Shown here: piece after piece, positions 1 to 10,516 of the stretch
How positions within the stretch are numbered: position 1 is the first letter of the stretch
Layout of the letters: every line of letters begins with the position of its first letter
DNA from: Thermoanaerobaculia bacterium
Lineage (GTDB): Bacteria > Acidobacteriota > Thermoanaerobaculia > UBA5066
Assembly: GCA_963821225.1 (NCBI GenBank)
Contig: CAWGCY010000004.1
Span: forward strand, 867,029-931,028
DNA length: 64,000 nt
Direction of reading: 5' to 3'
The notes under the pieces: generated by a model
The model's database searches: none
Told to the model about the DNA's origin: nothing
Seen by the model: the letters and a program-made list of their open reading frames with translations, nothing else
Program-made: the position numbers and the translations under genes

Positions 1-684
1 GAGGAGCGCGACGCCGCGCGCGAAGCCGACGCGCAGGAGCGTGAGCGAGGCGCTCACGAGGAAGGCCGCGATCGCCGCCGGTGCCCACCGCACGTACGAG
101 CCCGGGAGCTTCCGGTAGAGGTAGGCGAGCAAGGCGAACGACATGAGCGACCCGAGAGGCCGGAAATCCCCGAGCGGCGCGCCGCTCTCGAGAAGAATCG
201 ACGTCAGGACGCCGAGCGCGACGGGCCCGAGGATCATGACCGAAAGGGCCATGCCCAGCCGGCGGAGCGGCCGGCGCGGAGTCTTGGTGGAGCCCCAGAG
301 GGCCCGGGCGGCGCTCTCGACGAGGAAGAACGTGCGGAGCGACGTCACGAGGAAAAAGAGCGTCGCCGTGCCCGACACGGACGTCGCCTTGACGCTGAAC
401 GTCTGCAGATCCGTCACGAAATCGCGCCCAGCCCCCGGAAGAAAGCGAAGCAGGCGGTACAGGCCGGTGCCCGACTGGCCGAAGAAGGTCGACGTGAGGA
501 CCGTCACGCACGCGACGAGAGGCACGAGCGTGAGCAGAGCCGAGTAGGCGAGGCTCGCCGCGAGGTCGAAGCCGCGCGCGTCGAGGAACCGCCGCGCGGT
601 CCCCACGAGGATCGCGCGCGCGAGGGGCGGAACCTCGTGGAGCTTCCGGCCGGCGAGGCGCACCGGCGCCGTCGAGGAACGCAT
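1..684 (-). CDS. YihY/virulence factor BrkB family inner-membrane protein (3' end runs off the window)
   Basis: Hand translation from ATG 684: MRSSTAPVRLAGRKLHEVPPLARAILVGTARRFLDARGFDLAASLAYS... then FFLVESAARALW...LAYLYRKLP. The 'AASLAY' and 'LYRKLP' patterns and several TM stretches are typical of YihY. Not in the ORF track because its stop is outside the window. Confidence 0.8.
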   Translation of the reverse strand, partial: MRSSTAPVRLAGRKLHEVPPLARAILVGTARRFLDARGFDLAASLAYSALLTLVPLVACVTVLTSTFFGQSGTGLYRLLRFLPGAGRDFVTDLQTFSVKATSVSGTATLFFLVTSLRTFFLVESAARALWGSTKTPRRPLRRLGMALSVMILGPVALGVLTSILLESGAPLGDFRPLGSLMSFALLAYLYRKLPGSYVRWAPAAIAAFLVSASLTLLRVGFARGVALL

Positions 685-753
685 CGCGCGTCCATCGTAC
701 CTTCCCCTGGCGCGCGGGCTGTGACAAGATCACCGGCCCGAGGAGGTCGGACC

Positions 754-1044
754 ATGGCAAACAGCACGGTCGAAGACGCCGCAAGAACCGTCGAACAGAA
801 GATAGACGCGACACGCGAATCAGTGGGTGAGAAGGCCGGGCGCCTGCGCGAGCGCGTAGGCGAGGTCGCCGGAAACGTGAAGGCACGCGCGGGGGCGCTC
901 CGGGACAAGATCGCCGAGACGGAATGGGAAGACGTCCAGACGGGCGTGAAGAACTACGTGAGGGACAATCCGGCCAAGTCGGTCGCGATCGCGCTCGGCG
1001 TGGGTTTCGCGCTCGGCCTGCTGCTTCGCCGGAGAGACGACTGA
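754..1044 (+). CDS. DUF883/ElaB/YqjD-like tail-anchored membrane protein
   Basis: GAGGAGG SD before ATG 754; helical N-terminus and C-terminal 'YVRDNPAKSVAIALGVGFALGLLLRRR' signature. Confidence 0.8.
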   Translation: MANSTVEDAARTVEQKIDATRESVGEKAGRLRERVGEVAGNVKARAGALRDKIAETEWEDVQTGVKNYVRDNPAKSVAIALGVGFALGLLLRRRDD

Positions 1045-1331
1045 TGGACGACGCTGCGGTTCGTCAGCCGGCGCCCCACGGCGCCTCACCCGAGGGCCCG
1101 GTCGGCCGGCCCGGAGAGCCCTTCGATTTCTTCCCGAAGGACATTGATTGGAAGAGGGCGGCTCTCGAGACCGTGCAACGCCACCCGCTGGCGTGCCTTG
1201 CGGGCGCGGCGTTCGTCGGGTTCATCGTGGGCCGATACCGGGGACGCGTCATCGTGGGTGCTCTCGCCGGGGTCGCGACGAACATGGCCCTCCGTCAGCT
1301 CGGCGAGTCGTTCACGGCGGGCGACCTGTAG
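1044..1331 (+). CDS. Small hypothetical membrane protein
   Basis: ATG overlaps the upstream stop (TGATG); 'VQRHPLACLAGAAFVGFIVGR' resembles the DUF883 C-terminal motif. Confidence 0.65.
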   Translation: MDDAAVRQPAPHGASPEGPVGRPGEPFDFFPKDIDWKRAALETVQRHPLACLAGAAFVGFIVGRYRGRVIVGALAGVATNMALRQLGESFTAGDL

Positions 1332-1387
1332 TTCTCCGGATTCCTGACCCGAGTCGAGCCATCTCTTCGAGTGAGTAGACTCGACCC

Positions 1388-2515
1388 ATGGAGAAGGCAA
1401 TCAAGCCTCATCCGTCGATCCTGACGTTCGCGTCGTCGGCGGGTTGAGCCTGCAAGCTGGGTCAGGCTGACCTGGTGAAGCTGCTGGGTGCGTTGCCGCG
1501 GGCTCACGACCCGCGTGCTCTCGTCGGATACGACTCGTCCGACGACGCGGCGGTTTTCCGCCTCGGTGCCTCCGACGACCCGGATCCCGAGACGTTGCTC
1601 GCCACGACGGATTTCTTCACGCCGGTCGTGGATTCTCCCTTCGACTTCGGGCGCATCGCGGCGGCGAACGCCCTCTCGGACATCTATGCGATGGGAGGCG
1701 AGGCGCTCTTCGCGCTCAACCTCGTGGGTTTTCCGGTCAAGGCGCTTCCGCTCGAGGTGCTCGGCGAGATCCTCCGGGGCGGCGCCGAGGTGGCACGCGA
1801 CGCCGGAGTCCCCGTCCTCGGAGGGCACTCCACCGATTTCGACATACCGGTCTACGGCATGGCCGTCACGGGTCGCGTGCGCCTTTCCCGCCTGCGACGC
1901 AACGTGGGTGCGAGGGCGGGAGACGCGCTCGTTCTCACGAAGGCGGTCGGAACGGGAATCCTGACGTCGGCGATGAGAGCTCAGGTTCTCAGGGAAAGCT
2001 CGTTCTTCTCCGCCCTGAAGAAGAGCTCCGGGCCGTCGGAGAAAGAGGAGCACGTCGCGGTCGCCTCGATGACGCGGCTGAACCGCTCGGCCGCGCGCGC
2101 GGCCGACGCGTTCACGATCTCGGCCTCCACGGACGTGACGGGCTACGGGCTCCTCGGCCATCTCACGGAGATGCTCGGCTCGGGGGGCGTTTCGGCCGAG
2201 GTCTCGGCCTCCGCCGTTCCCGTTCTGCCCGGCGCGCGCCGGCTCGCGGAGGGCGGGGTCGCGCCCGATGGCAGCCGCCGCAATCTCGCCGCGGCGCGGC
2301 CCGGCCTCGAGATCGCGCCGGGCGTCTCCGAAACCGACCTTCTCCTTCTCGCCGACGCGCAGACGTCGGGCGGCCTGCTCTTCGCGGTGCCGGCCCCCTT
2401 CGCTTCCGCCCTCGTCGCGTCCCTTCACGCAAGCGGGGACACGGCCGCGGCCGTCGTGGGGCGCTTCCTTCCGGCCGCCGAGGTTCGCTCCGAAACCCTT
2501 CGCGTCGTACCCTGA
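1388..2515 (+). CDS. selD: Selenide, water dikinase (selenophosphate synthetase), selenocysteine-containing (UGA at 1445-1447)
   Basis: ATG 1388 gives MEKAIKPHPSILTFASSAG-UGA-ACKLGQADL, in frame with ORF 1475..2515. U-x-x-K occupies the catalytic Cys/Sec site. Further motifs: DDAAV, TTDFFTPVVD, AANALSDIYAMGG, GGHS, TDVTGYGLLGHL, DAQTSGGLL. Confidence 0.95.
1455..1482 (+). promoter_or_regulatory. Candidate bacterial SECIS hairpin of selD
   Basis: AGCT-GGGTC-AGGCT-GACCT-GGTGA-AGCT: GGTC (1460-63) pairs with GACC (1469-72), with a G-containing loop about 17 nt after the UGA. Confidence 0.65.
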
Positions 2516-2544
2516 GCACCGGGAACCAGAAGCAGGAGGTCGCC

Positions 2545-2880
2545 ATGGCCGAGCACACGATGAGCGAGGAACACTGGGAGAACGTCGCGCCCGCCGCGAA
2601 CGAGACGGAGGCGGCGCTCATCGCGGGGTTTCTCCAGAGCCGGGGAATCGCCGCACGAGTCGTCGACCGGAGCTTCCATCAGACGCCGACGGAAAGCGAA
2701 GATCTTTCTCCGATCGAGGTCGTGGTGCCCGCGGAGCGCGCGGACGAGGCGCGGGCGGAGCTCGCGAACCGCGAGCGGGCGTTCGCGAAGGACCCGGGTA
2801 CGCCATCCGATCTGCAGACGGACGAGGGGCCGCGGGACGTTCCGCCGGAGGGTGAGGGAGGGTCGGGAGACGTTGGGTAG
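2545..2880 (+). CDS. DUF2007-like small protein
   Basis: AGGAGG SD; 'NETEAALIAGFLQSRGI...IEVVVPAERADEARAEL' pattern. Confidence 0.7.
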   Translation: MAEHTMSEEHWENVAPAANETEAALIAGFLQSRGIAARVVDRSFHQTPTESEDLSPIEVVVPAERADEARAELANRERAFAKDPGTPSDLQTDEGPRDVPPEGEGGSGDVG

Positions 2881-2904
2881 AATCCCCGCGGAGTCCATCA
2901 GCGT

Positions 2905-5002
2905 TTGAGCCCTGAACAGATCGGCCGGTACGTCATCCTGCGCACGCTGGGCCGCGGTGCCATGGGCGTCGTTTACCTGGCCCGCGACCCCCAGATCGAG
3001 CGCGAGCTCGCCCTCAAGACCATCCGGTTCGACACGGGCGAGAAGAGCTTCGGCGCCGACGAGGCGAAAGCGCGGTTCCTGAAGGAAGCGCGCATCTCGG
3101 GGCGTCTCCAGCACCCGCACATCGTGACGGTGTTCGACGTGGGCGAGGATCAGGGCACGCTCTTCCTCGCCATGGAGCTCGTGCAGGGCGGAAGCTTCGC
3201 GCAACGGCTTTCCGACCCCGCCGGCTTTCCGCTGCGCGATCGCATCCGCATCGTCGCCGAAGTGGCCGAGGCGCTGGCGCACGCGCACGAGCGCGGGGTC
3301 CTCCACCGCGACGTGAAGCCGGCGAACATCCTCCTCTCGCCGACACTCTCGGCGAAAGTCACGGACTTCGGGATCGGCAAGCTCTTGACCGGCGACACGG
3401 AGCTCACGTCGACCGGCCAGATGGTGGGCTCGCCGGCCTACATGTCTCCCGAGCAGATCAAGGGCGAGAAGCTGGACGCGAGAACCGACATCTTCTCCCT
3501 CGGCATCGTCCTCTATCAGGCGCTCACGCTGCGCAAGCCCTTCCCGGCCGACACTCTCGACGACGCTCGTTTACCAGATCCTCCACGAGGAGCCGATGGA
3601 CCCGGGCTTGGTGACGAACGAAGTGCCCGAGGGGATGAAAGAGATCCTCAAGAAGTGTCTTGCGAAGGATCGCGCGAACCGCTACTCCGACGCTGGAGAG
3701 CTGGCCGGCGACCTGCGTGAGATCCTGGGGTTCTCGCCCGTCGGCTCCACCGCGGGCCTTTCGGAAAGCAGGGTCAAGCGCCCGCGGTCCTCGCCGGGCG
3801 CACCCCCGCCGGTCGCGCCGCTCGCCGGGGCGACGGTTCCCGCCTCGATGGCGCCCACCGCTGCCGTCAGGGTGACGCCGCCCGTCGGGAGGCTGCCCGA
3901 GGAACCGGCCTCGACGTTGATTCCCGCCCGGCCTCCGATGCCAGCCGCCGATTTTCCGGTCCCGGACTCGGAATCCCCCACGATCACGACCGGCCGCCGG
4001 ATGGGCGAGGTGATCGCGAAAAGCGCCGCTGTCGCGCCGCCGCCCCCGAAAAAGAAGGGCGTCTCTCCTTTCGTCCTGGGGGGCGGCCTTCTCGTGGCCC
4101 TCGCCGTCGTGCTCGGCTTCCTCACGCTCTCGAAAAAGAGTGAAAAAGAGGTCGCCGAGCTTCCGCCCGTTCCGACCGCTGCTCCCGCAGCCTCCGTCCC
4201 GGCGCCTCTTCCGACCCCGCCGCCGCCGGCTCCGACGACGCCCGGCGCGACCACGGCTTCGACCGCCGGACCCGCGGTGGCGATCGTCGAGACGCCGGTC
4301 CGCGACACGTCGCCGACCGTGGCGCCCACGAGGAAGGCTCGCGTCAAGCCCACGGCCACGCCCGAGGAAGCGGCCACGGCCGCGGCGCTGGCCGTTCCGA
4401 CCCCGCCGAAGCCCAAGACGCCTGCCCGGAAACCCGCCGACCTCACGGTCACGATCCGCCGGTTTCTGAAGATCGACGTTTCCCCGAGTCAGGCCCGCGT
4501 CTATCTCGACGGGAATTACATCGGCATCACCGACGACTGGGACGACTCCGGCGGCGGGTCGCTCCTCGCGTTCAACCTCGAGGGCACCCACCGGATTCGC
4601 CTGTGTGCGCCGGAGCATCGCGACCTCAACGTAGATCTCATCGTGCGGTCGACCGCGACCGACGACAAGGTCACGATCGATCGCAGCCTTGAAAAGGGCT
4701 CACCCGACGGCCCCACGGGCCCCGCCTGGCTCAACGAGGGAAAGCTCAAGCGCCCGAGCTACCGCACGGTGCGCGACGCCGTCTTCAACGTCGAGCCGCC
4801 AGACGCAATGGTCTTGGTGAACGGCCGCAACGTGGGGCCCGCGTCGAAGTTCGCGAAGGAGGACCTCCAGTTCGCGGACATGGCGGTTTACGAGGTCCTC
4901 CTGACCGCGCCCGGGTACGAGTCCAAACCGCTGCGCATTCTCGTAGGCCCCGCGGCCGGAGAGGTTCGCGCGAACATCAAGGAAAAGCTCAAGAAGATGT
5001 GA
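2905..5002 (+). CDS. Membrane Ser/Thr protein kinase with Pro-rich linker, TM helix and C-terminal PEGA-like domains; +1 frameshift near 3559
   Basis: LGRGAMGVVY, ALK, HRDVKPANI, DFGIG, GSPAYMSPEQ in ORF 2905..3720. Removing one base near 3559 gives FPADTLTTLVYQILHEEPMDP and joins ORF 3596..5002 (KCLAKDRANRY, TM FVLGGGLLVALAVVLGFL, 'VSPSQARVYLDG' and 'VEPPDAMVLVNG'). Confidence 0.85.
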
Positions 5003-5008
5003 GCGGGG

Positions 5009-5930
5009 TCAGATCGGGCCCGCCAGGATGCGAAAGCCCGCGGCCTTCTTGATCGCCTCTTCGAGCCGCCGCGTCAGGACCAGGCCGATGCCGCCGAGAA
5101 GCGCGGCACCCTCGGGCGCGCCCGAGGCCAGGAGCTCGCGGAACACCGGTGCGCGTCAGGACGTAGACGACGGCGGGGCCGCCGTGCGCGAACACGTCGG
5201 CCGACCGCGGGGCGTCGTCCACGAGCGCCATCTCGCCCGCGATCTCGCCGCGCCCGAGAATCGCGAGCGCCTCTTCGCCCCCCGCGATCTCCAGCGAGAC
5301 GCGGAGCCTTCCCTCGGCGACGAGAAACGCCTCTTCTCCCCGCTCGCCCGCCGCGAGAAGAGCGGCGCCCGGAAGGACGGTGCGCGCGACGAGCCCGAGC
5401 GCGGGCAGGAGCGCCGGGTCGAGCCCCGCCGTCTCGAACAGGTCGCTTGCGCGCACGGGGTCGATCGGGCCGTCCTCGATCGTGCCGGTCTTCGTCACGC
5501 GTGCCGGAGACGGAGGCGCCGGCGTTCCGTCGAAAAAGCGGCCGAGGGCGGCGTTCGTCTCGCGGAGAGCGGTCGTCAGGCTCGCGAGCGCCAGCCTGCG
5601 GAAGGCGCCGCCCGAAGGGCCCGGGTCGAAGAGAAGGGCGCGAGCCTCGTCCGCGGGAAACCATGCGGCGACGCTGCCGGCCTCCGGCGCGACGCGCGCG
5701 ACGCCCGGTGAACCGCCGAACGGGACGCGCAGGTCGAGGAGAGCGGGCGCCGCGAGGTGCGCGACGGGATGCGGCCCGAACGGGGTCTCGGCGAGCAGCG
5801 TCGCACGGCCCTCGAGAAACAGGTGAAGCGAGCCCGCCGCCGTGTCGCGGAGCTCGTCTCCCGCCGCGAAACGCCTGCGCGGCCGCGCGCCGGCGAGGGC
5901 GGCGGCGTCGCGGTCGGCGGACTGGATCAT
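5009..5930 (-). CDS. Cyclic nucleotide-binding domain protein (two cNMP-like domains); probable +1 frameshift near 5150
   Basis: ATG 5930; the C-terminal domain has 'GERGEEAFLVAEGRLRV...LGRGEIAGEMALVDDAPRSADV'. Removing one base near 5150 gives a normal hinge helix 'LTRPVFRELLASG...LTRRLEEAIKK' with a stop at 5009. Confidence 0.75.
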
Positions 5931-5967
5931 CTCGGGATTATCGCCGCGTCCTGATGCATCCGTTCGG

Positions 5968-5996
5968 TTGACGGGGCGGGGGGGGTGCCGTAGAGT
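5968..5996 (+). promoter_or_regulatory. Sigma70-type promoter of the gcv operon
   Basis: TTGACG (5968-73), 17-nt spacer, TAGAGT (5991-96), 10 nt before the gcvT ATG. Confidence 0.7.
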
Positions 5997-6006
5997 CCCG
6001 CGCGCA

Positions 6007-7119
<1,113 letters not shown>

Positions 7120-7140
7120 GGGCTTCAGGAGGCGAGGAAC

Positions 7141-7536
7141 ATGAGCGTTTACCCGGACGACCGCCGCTATTCCCGGAGCCACGAGTGGATCCGCGTCGAT
7201 GGCGACGTGGGGACGATCGGGATCAGCGACCACGCGCAGAAGGAGCTCGGGGAGGTCGTGTTCGTCGACATGCCGGAGGTGGGCGAGATCTTCGACGCCG
7301 GGCAGGAGTTCGGCACGATCGAATCCGTGAAAGCCGTGTCCGAGCTTTTCCTCCCCGTCGCCGGCGAGATCATCGAGCTGAACGGCGTCCTCGCGGACGA
7401 GCCCGGGGCCGTGAACGAAGACCCGCACGGCGACGGCTGGATCGTGAAGATCAAGCTCTCGTCGGACGCCGAGATGGACTCGCTCCTGTCGGCGGCCGAT
7501 TACGAGAAGTTCGTGGAAGAGGAAGCCAAGGCCTGA
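7141..7536 (+). CDS. gcvH: Glycine cleavage system H protein
   Basis: YSRSHEW, GISDHAQKELG, lipoyl-Lys motif IESVKAVSE, NEDPHGDGWI. Confidence 0.97.
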   Translation: MSVYPDDRRYSRSHEWIRVDGDVGTIGISDHAQKELGEVVFVDMPEVGEIFDAGQEFGTIESVKAVSELFLPVAGEIIELNGVLADEPGAVNEDPHGDGWIVKIKLSSDAEMDSLLSAADYEKFVEEEAKA

Positions 7537-7600
7537 CCGGGAGCGAAACATCCGGCGCCCCGGCCTTCGGCGTAACGGGTGCCGGGGAGGACACGACCAG

Positions 7601-8959
7601 ATGCGCTACATCCCGAACAGCCCCGCCGAGCGGGAGTCCCTTCTCGCGGCGGTCGGCGCGGCGTCGATCGACGACCTTTTCGCGACGGTCCCGCGCTCCG
7701 TCTACCACACGGAGCCGCCCGGCCTTCCCCCGCCGGCTTCCGAGATCGAAGTGCGGCGGGACCTGGGCCGGGTCGCGGCGAAGAACGCGCACCTCGGAGA
7801 CTGGACGTCCTTCCTGGGCGCGGGCCTCTACAGCCATCATTCACCCGCCTTCGTCTCGCAGCTCCTCCTGCGCGGCGAGTTCCTGACCTCTTACACGCCG
7901 TACCAGGCCGAAGTCGCGCAGGGAACGCTCACGGCGATCTGGGAATTCCAGACGCACATGGCGCTCCTGACGGGCATGGACGTCGCGAACGCCTCGATGT
8001 ACGAGGGCGCCTCGGCCTTCGTCGAGGCCGTGCTCATGGCCGAGCGCCTCACGAAGAAGAAGACGAAGGTCGTCGTCTCCTCGGGCGTGCATCCCGAATA
8101 CCGGCGGTGCCTCCACACGTATCTCGTGAACTTCGCGTTCACGATCGTCGAGGTCCCGCTCGGGAAGGACGGCACGACGGATGCCGCGGCGCTCGCGGCC
8201 GCCGTCGACGACGCGACGTTCGCGGTTTGCGTGCAGTCTCCAAACGTATTCGGGGTCGTCGAAGGCTGGCGGGCGGCGGCCGGCGCGGCCCACGCGCACG
8301 ACGCGCTCGCGATCGGCGTCGTGAACGAGATGTTCTCGCTCGCGGTTCTCGAGCCGCCCGGAGCCGCGGGGATCGACATTGCGTGCGGCGAGGCCGCCTC
8401 GTTCGGCCTCGCGCCCTCGTACGGCGGCCCGCTCGTGGGATTCCTCGCGTGCCGCGACGCCGGCAAGCGCCAGATTCCCGGCCGCCTCGCCGGACGCACG
8501 ACGGATGCGGACGGCAGGCCCGGTTTCTGCCTGACGCTCTCCACACGCGAGCAGCACATCCGGCGCGAGAAGGCCACCTCGAACATCTGCACGAACCAGG
8601 GGCTGTTCGCGCTCGCGGCCACGATGACGCTCTCCGTCCTCGGCAAGAAGGGCCTCAGGGAGACGGCCGTCCAGTGCCTTTCGAAGGCCGAGTACCTGAA
8701 GGCCGCCGTCAAGGCGCTTCCCGGCCCGTTCTCCGTCGCTTTCACCGGAAAGACGTTCAACGAGTTCGCCCTGCACTGCGGCGTTCCGGTGGCCGAGGTC
8801 CTGCGCCGCGCCGAGGCGCGGAAGGTCCTCGCGGGCGTCCCTTACGCCCGCCTCGAGCCCACCGCGACGGCGTACCGGGATCTCCTCCTCGTCGCGGTGA
8901 CGGAGCGGACGCCGCGCAGCGGGCTCGACACCCTCCTCGACACACTGAGGTCCTTCTGA
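7601..8959 (+). CDS. gcvPA: Glycine dehydrogenase subunit 1
   Basis: MRYIP, FLGAGLY, SYTPYQAEVAQG, NASMYEGA, TREQHIRREKATSNICTNQ. Confidence 0.96.
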   Translation: MRYIPNSPAERESLLAAVGAASIDDLFATVPRSVYHTEPPGLPPPASEIEVRRDLGRVAAKNAHLGDWTSFLGAGLYSHHSPAFVSQLLLRGEFLTSYTPYQAEVAQGTLTAIWEFQTHMALLTGMDVANASMYEGASAFVEAVLMAERLTKKKTKVVVSSGVHPEYRRCLHTYLVNFAFTIVEVPLGKDGTTDAAALAAAVDDATFAVCVQSPNVFGVVEGWRAAAGAAHAHDALAIGVVNEMFSLAVLEPPGAAGIDIACGEAASFGLAPSYGGPLVGFLACRDAGKRQIPGRLAGRTTDADGRPGFCLTLSTREQHIRREKATSNICTNQGLFALAATMTLSVLGKKGLRETAVQCLSKAEYLKAAVKALPGPFSVAFTGKTFNEFALHCGVPVAEVLRRAEARKVLAGVPYARLEPTATAYRDLLLVAVTERTPRSGLDTLLDTLRSF

Positions 8960-10494
8960 TGAGCGATCACGGCACCCTCACGTCCCCGGAACCCCTCGTT
9001 CGCGCCGACGCCCGCCTCGACCGGCGGCGGCGCTTCGGCTCGCTCTTCGACGCCTCCCGCGCGGGGCGCGTCGGCGTCCTCCTCCCGCCGCTCGACGTGC
9101 CCGAGGCGGACCCGGCCGCGCTGTACGGAAAAGAGCATCGCCCGGCTGTAGAAGGAGAGGTGGAGGCCTCCGAAGTCGACGTCGTGAGGCACTTCACGCG
9201 CCTCTCGCAGATGAACTTCGCGATCGACACGGCGCTCTACTCGCTCGGCTCGTGCACGATGAAGCACAACCCGAGGCTCAACGAGGAAATCGCCCGCCTC
9301 CCGGGCTTCAACGACACGCACCCCTACGCGCCCGAGCACCTCTCGCAGGGCAATCTCGAGCTCCTCTTCCGGCTCGAGGAGGCGCTGAAGGTGCTCACCG
9401 GGTTCTCGCGCGTGACGCTCCAGCCGTCGGCCGGCGCGAACGGCGAGCTCACCGGTGCCCTCATGATCCGCGCCGCGCACGTGAAGGCCGGGAACGCGCG
9501 CAAGTACGTCCTCGTGCCCGACTCCGCGCACGGCACGAACCCCGCGACCGCGCATTTCGCCGGGTACTCGGTCGTCGAGCTCGGGTCGTCCCGGCGCGGG
9601 ACGGTCGACCTTTCCGAGCTCGAGGCGAAGCTCACGGACGACGTCGCGGCGCTGATGATCACGGTGCCGAACACGCTCGGCGTCTTCGAGGAACGCATCC
9701 TCGACGTCGCGAAGATCGTCCATTCCAAGGGCGCGTATCTCTATCTCGACGGCGCGAACTACAACGCGTTCGTGGGCAAGGTGCGTCCGGCCGACATGGG
9801 CGTGGACGTCATGCACATGAACCTGCACAAGACGTTCTCGACCCCGCACGGGGGCGGCGGCCCGGGCGCGGGGCCCGTCGGCGTGGTCGCGTCTCTCGTG
9901 CCCTTCCTGCCCGTGCCCACCGTCGAGCGGGCGGGGGACGGGTTCCGGCTGGATTACGACCGTCCCGACTCGATCGGGAAGATGCGAGCGTTCTACGGAA
10001 ACTTCGGAGTTCTCGTGCGCGCGCTGACGTACATCCTCTCCTACGGGAATTCGATTCACGAGGTGGCCGAGGACGCCGTTCTGAACGCGAACTACCTGCG
10101 CAAGCGGCTCGCGCCCTTCTACGACCTGAAGTACGACGCGCCGAGCTACCACGAGATCGTCTTTTCGGACCACCGCCAGGCGGTGAAGGGCGTGCACAAC
10201 ATCGACATCGCCAAGCGCCTCATGGATTTCGGTTTCCACCCGCCCACGATGTCGTTTCCGCTCATCGTGCCGGGAGCGCTCATGATCGAGCCGACGGAGT
10301 CCGAGGGGAAGGACGAGCTCGACGCGTTCGCGGACGCGATGATCGCGATCGCGAAAGAGTGTGAGACGTCGCCCGGGATCGTCACGTCCGCGCCGCACAC
10401 GACGCCCGTCGGCCGCCTCGACGAGGCGGGTGCGGCGCGCGAGGCGAGCCGGCCGGGGAACTTCGCTCCCGTGCTCAGGGCACCGGTCCGGTAG
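8959..10494 (+). CDS. gcvPB: Glycine dehydrogenase subunit 2
   Basis: ATG overlaps the gcvPA stop; LGSCTMKHNP, PDSAHGTNPA, PLP-Lys motif NLHKTFSTPHGGGGPG, MIEPTESE. Confidence 0.96.
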   Translation: MSDHGTLTSPEPLVRADARLDRRRRFGSLFDASRAGRVGVLLPPLDVPEADPAALYGKEHRPAVEGEVEASEVDVVRHFTRLSQMNFAIDTALYSLGSCTMKHNPRLNEEIARLPGFNDTHPYAPEHLSQGNLELLFRLEEALKVLTGFSRVTLQPSAGANGELTGALMIRAAHVKAGNARKYVLVPDSAHGTNPATAHFAGYSVVELGSSRRGTVDLSELEAKLTDDVAALMITVPNTLGVFEERILDVAKIVHSKGAYLYLDGANYNAFVGKVRPADMGVDVMHMNLHKTFSTPHGGGGPGAGPVGVVASLVPFLPVPTVERAGDGFRLDYDRPDSIGKMRAFYGNFGVLVRALTYILSYGNSIHEVAEDAVLNANYLRKRLAPFYDLKYDAPSYHEIVFSDHRQAVKGVHNIDIAKRLMDFGFHPPTMSFPLIVPGALMIEPTESEGKDELDAFADAMIAIAKECETSPGIVTSAPHTTPVGRLDEAGAAREASRPGNFAPVLRAPVR

Positions 10495-10516
10495 ACGAGC
10501 AAATAGAATTCTCTGA

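Noticed and set aside
1475-2515. ORF-track start of selD at GTG 1475
   Set aside because: It omits the catalytic U-x-x-K motif; ATG 1388 with UGA read-through fits better.
3541-5160. Programmed ribosomal frameshifting at the two frameshift sites
   Set aside because: No slippery heptamer, homopolymer or obvious stimulatory structure; error or mutation is simpler.
7579-8958. 971-aa ORF suggesting a single long GcvP
   Set aside because: The first 460 codons are an off-frame overlap of gcvPA; gcvPB starts at ATG 8959.
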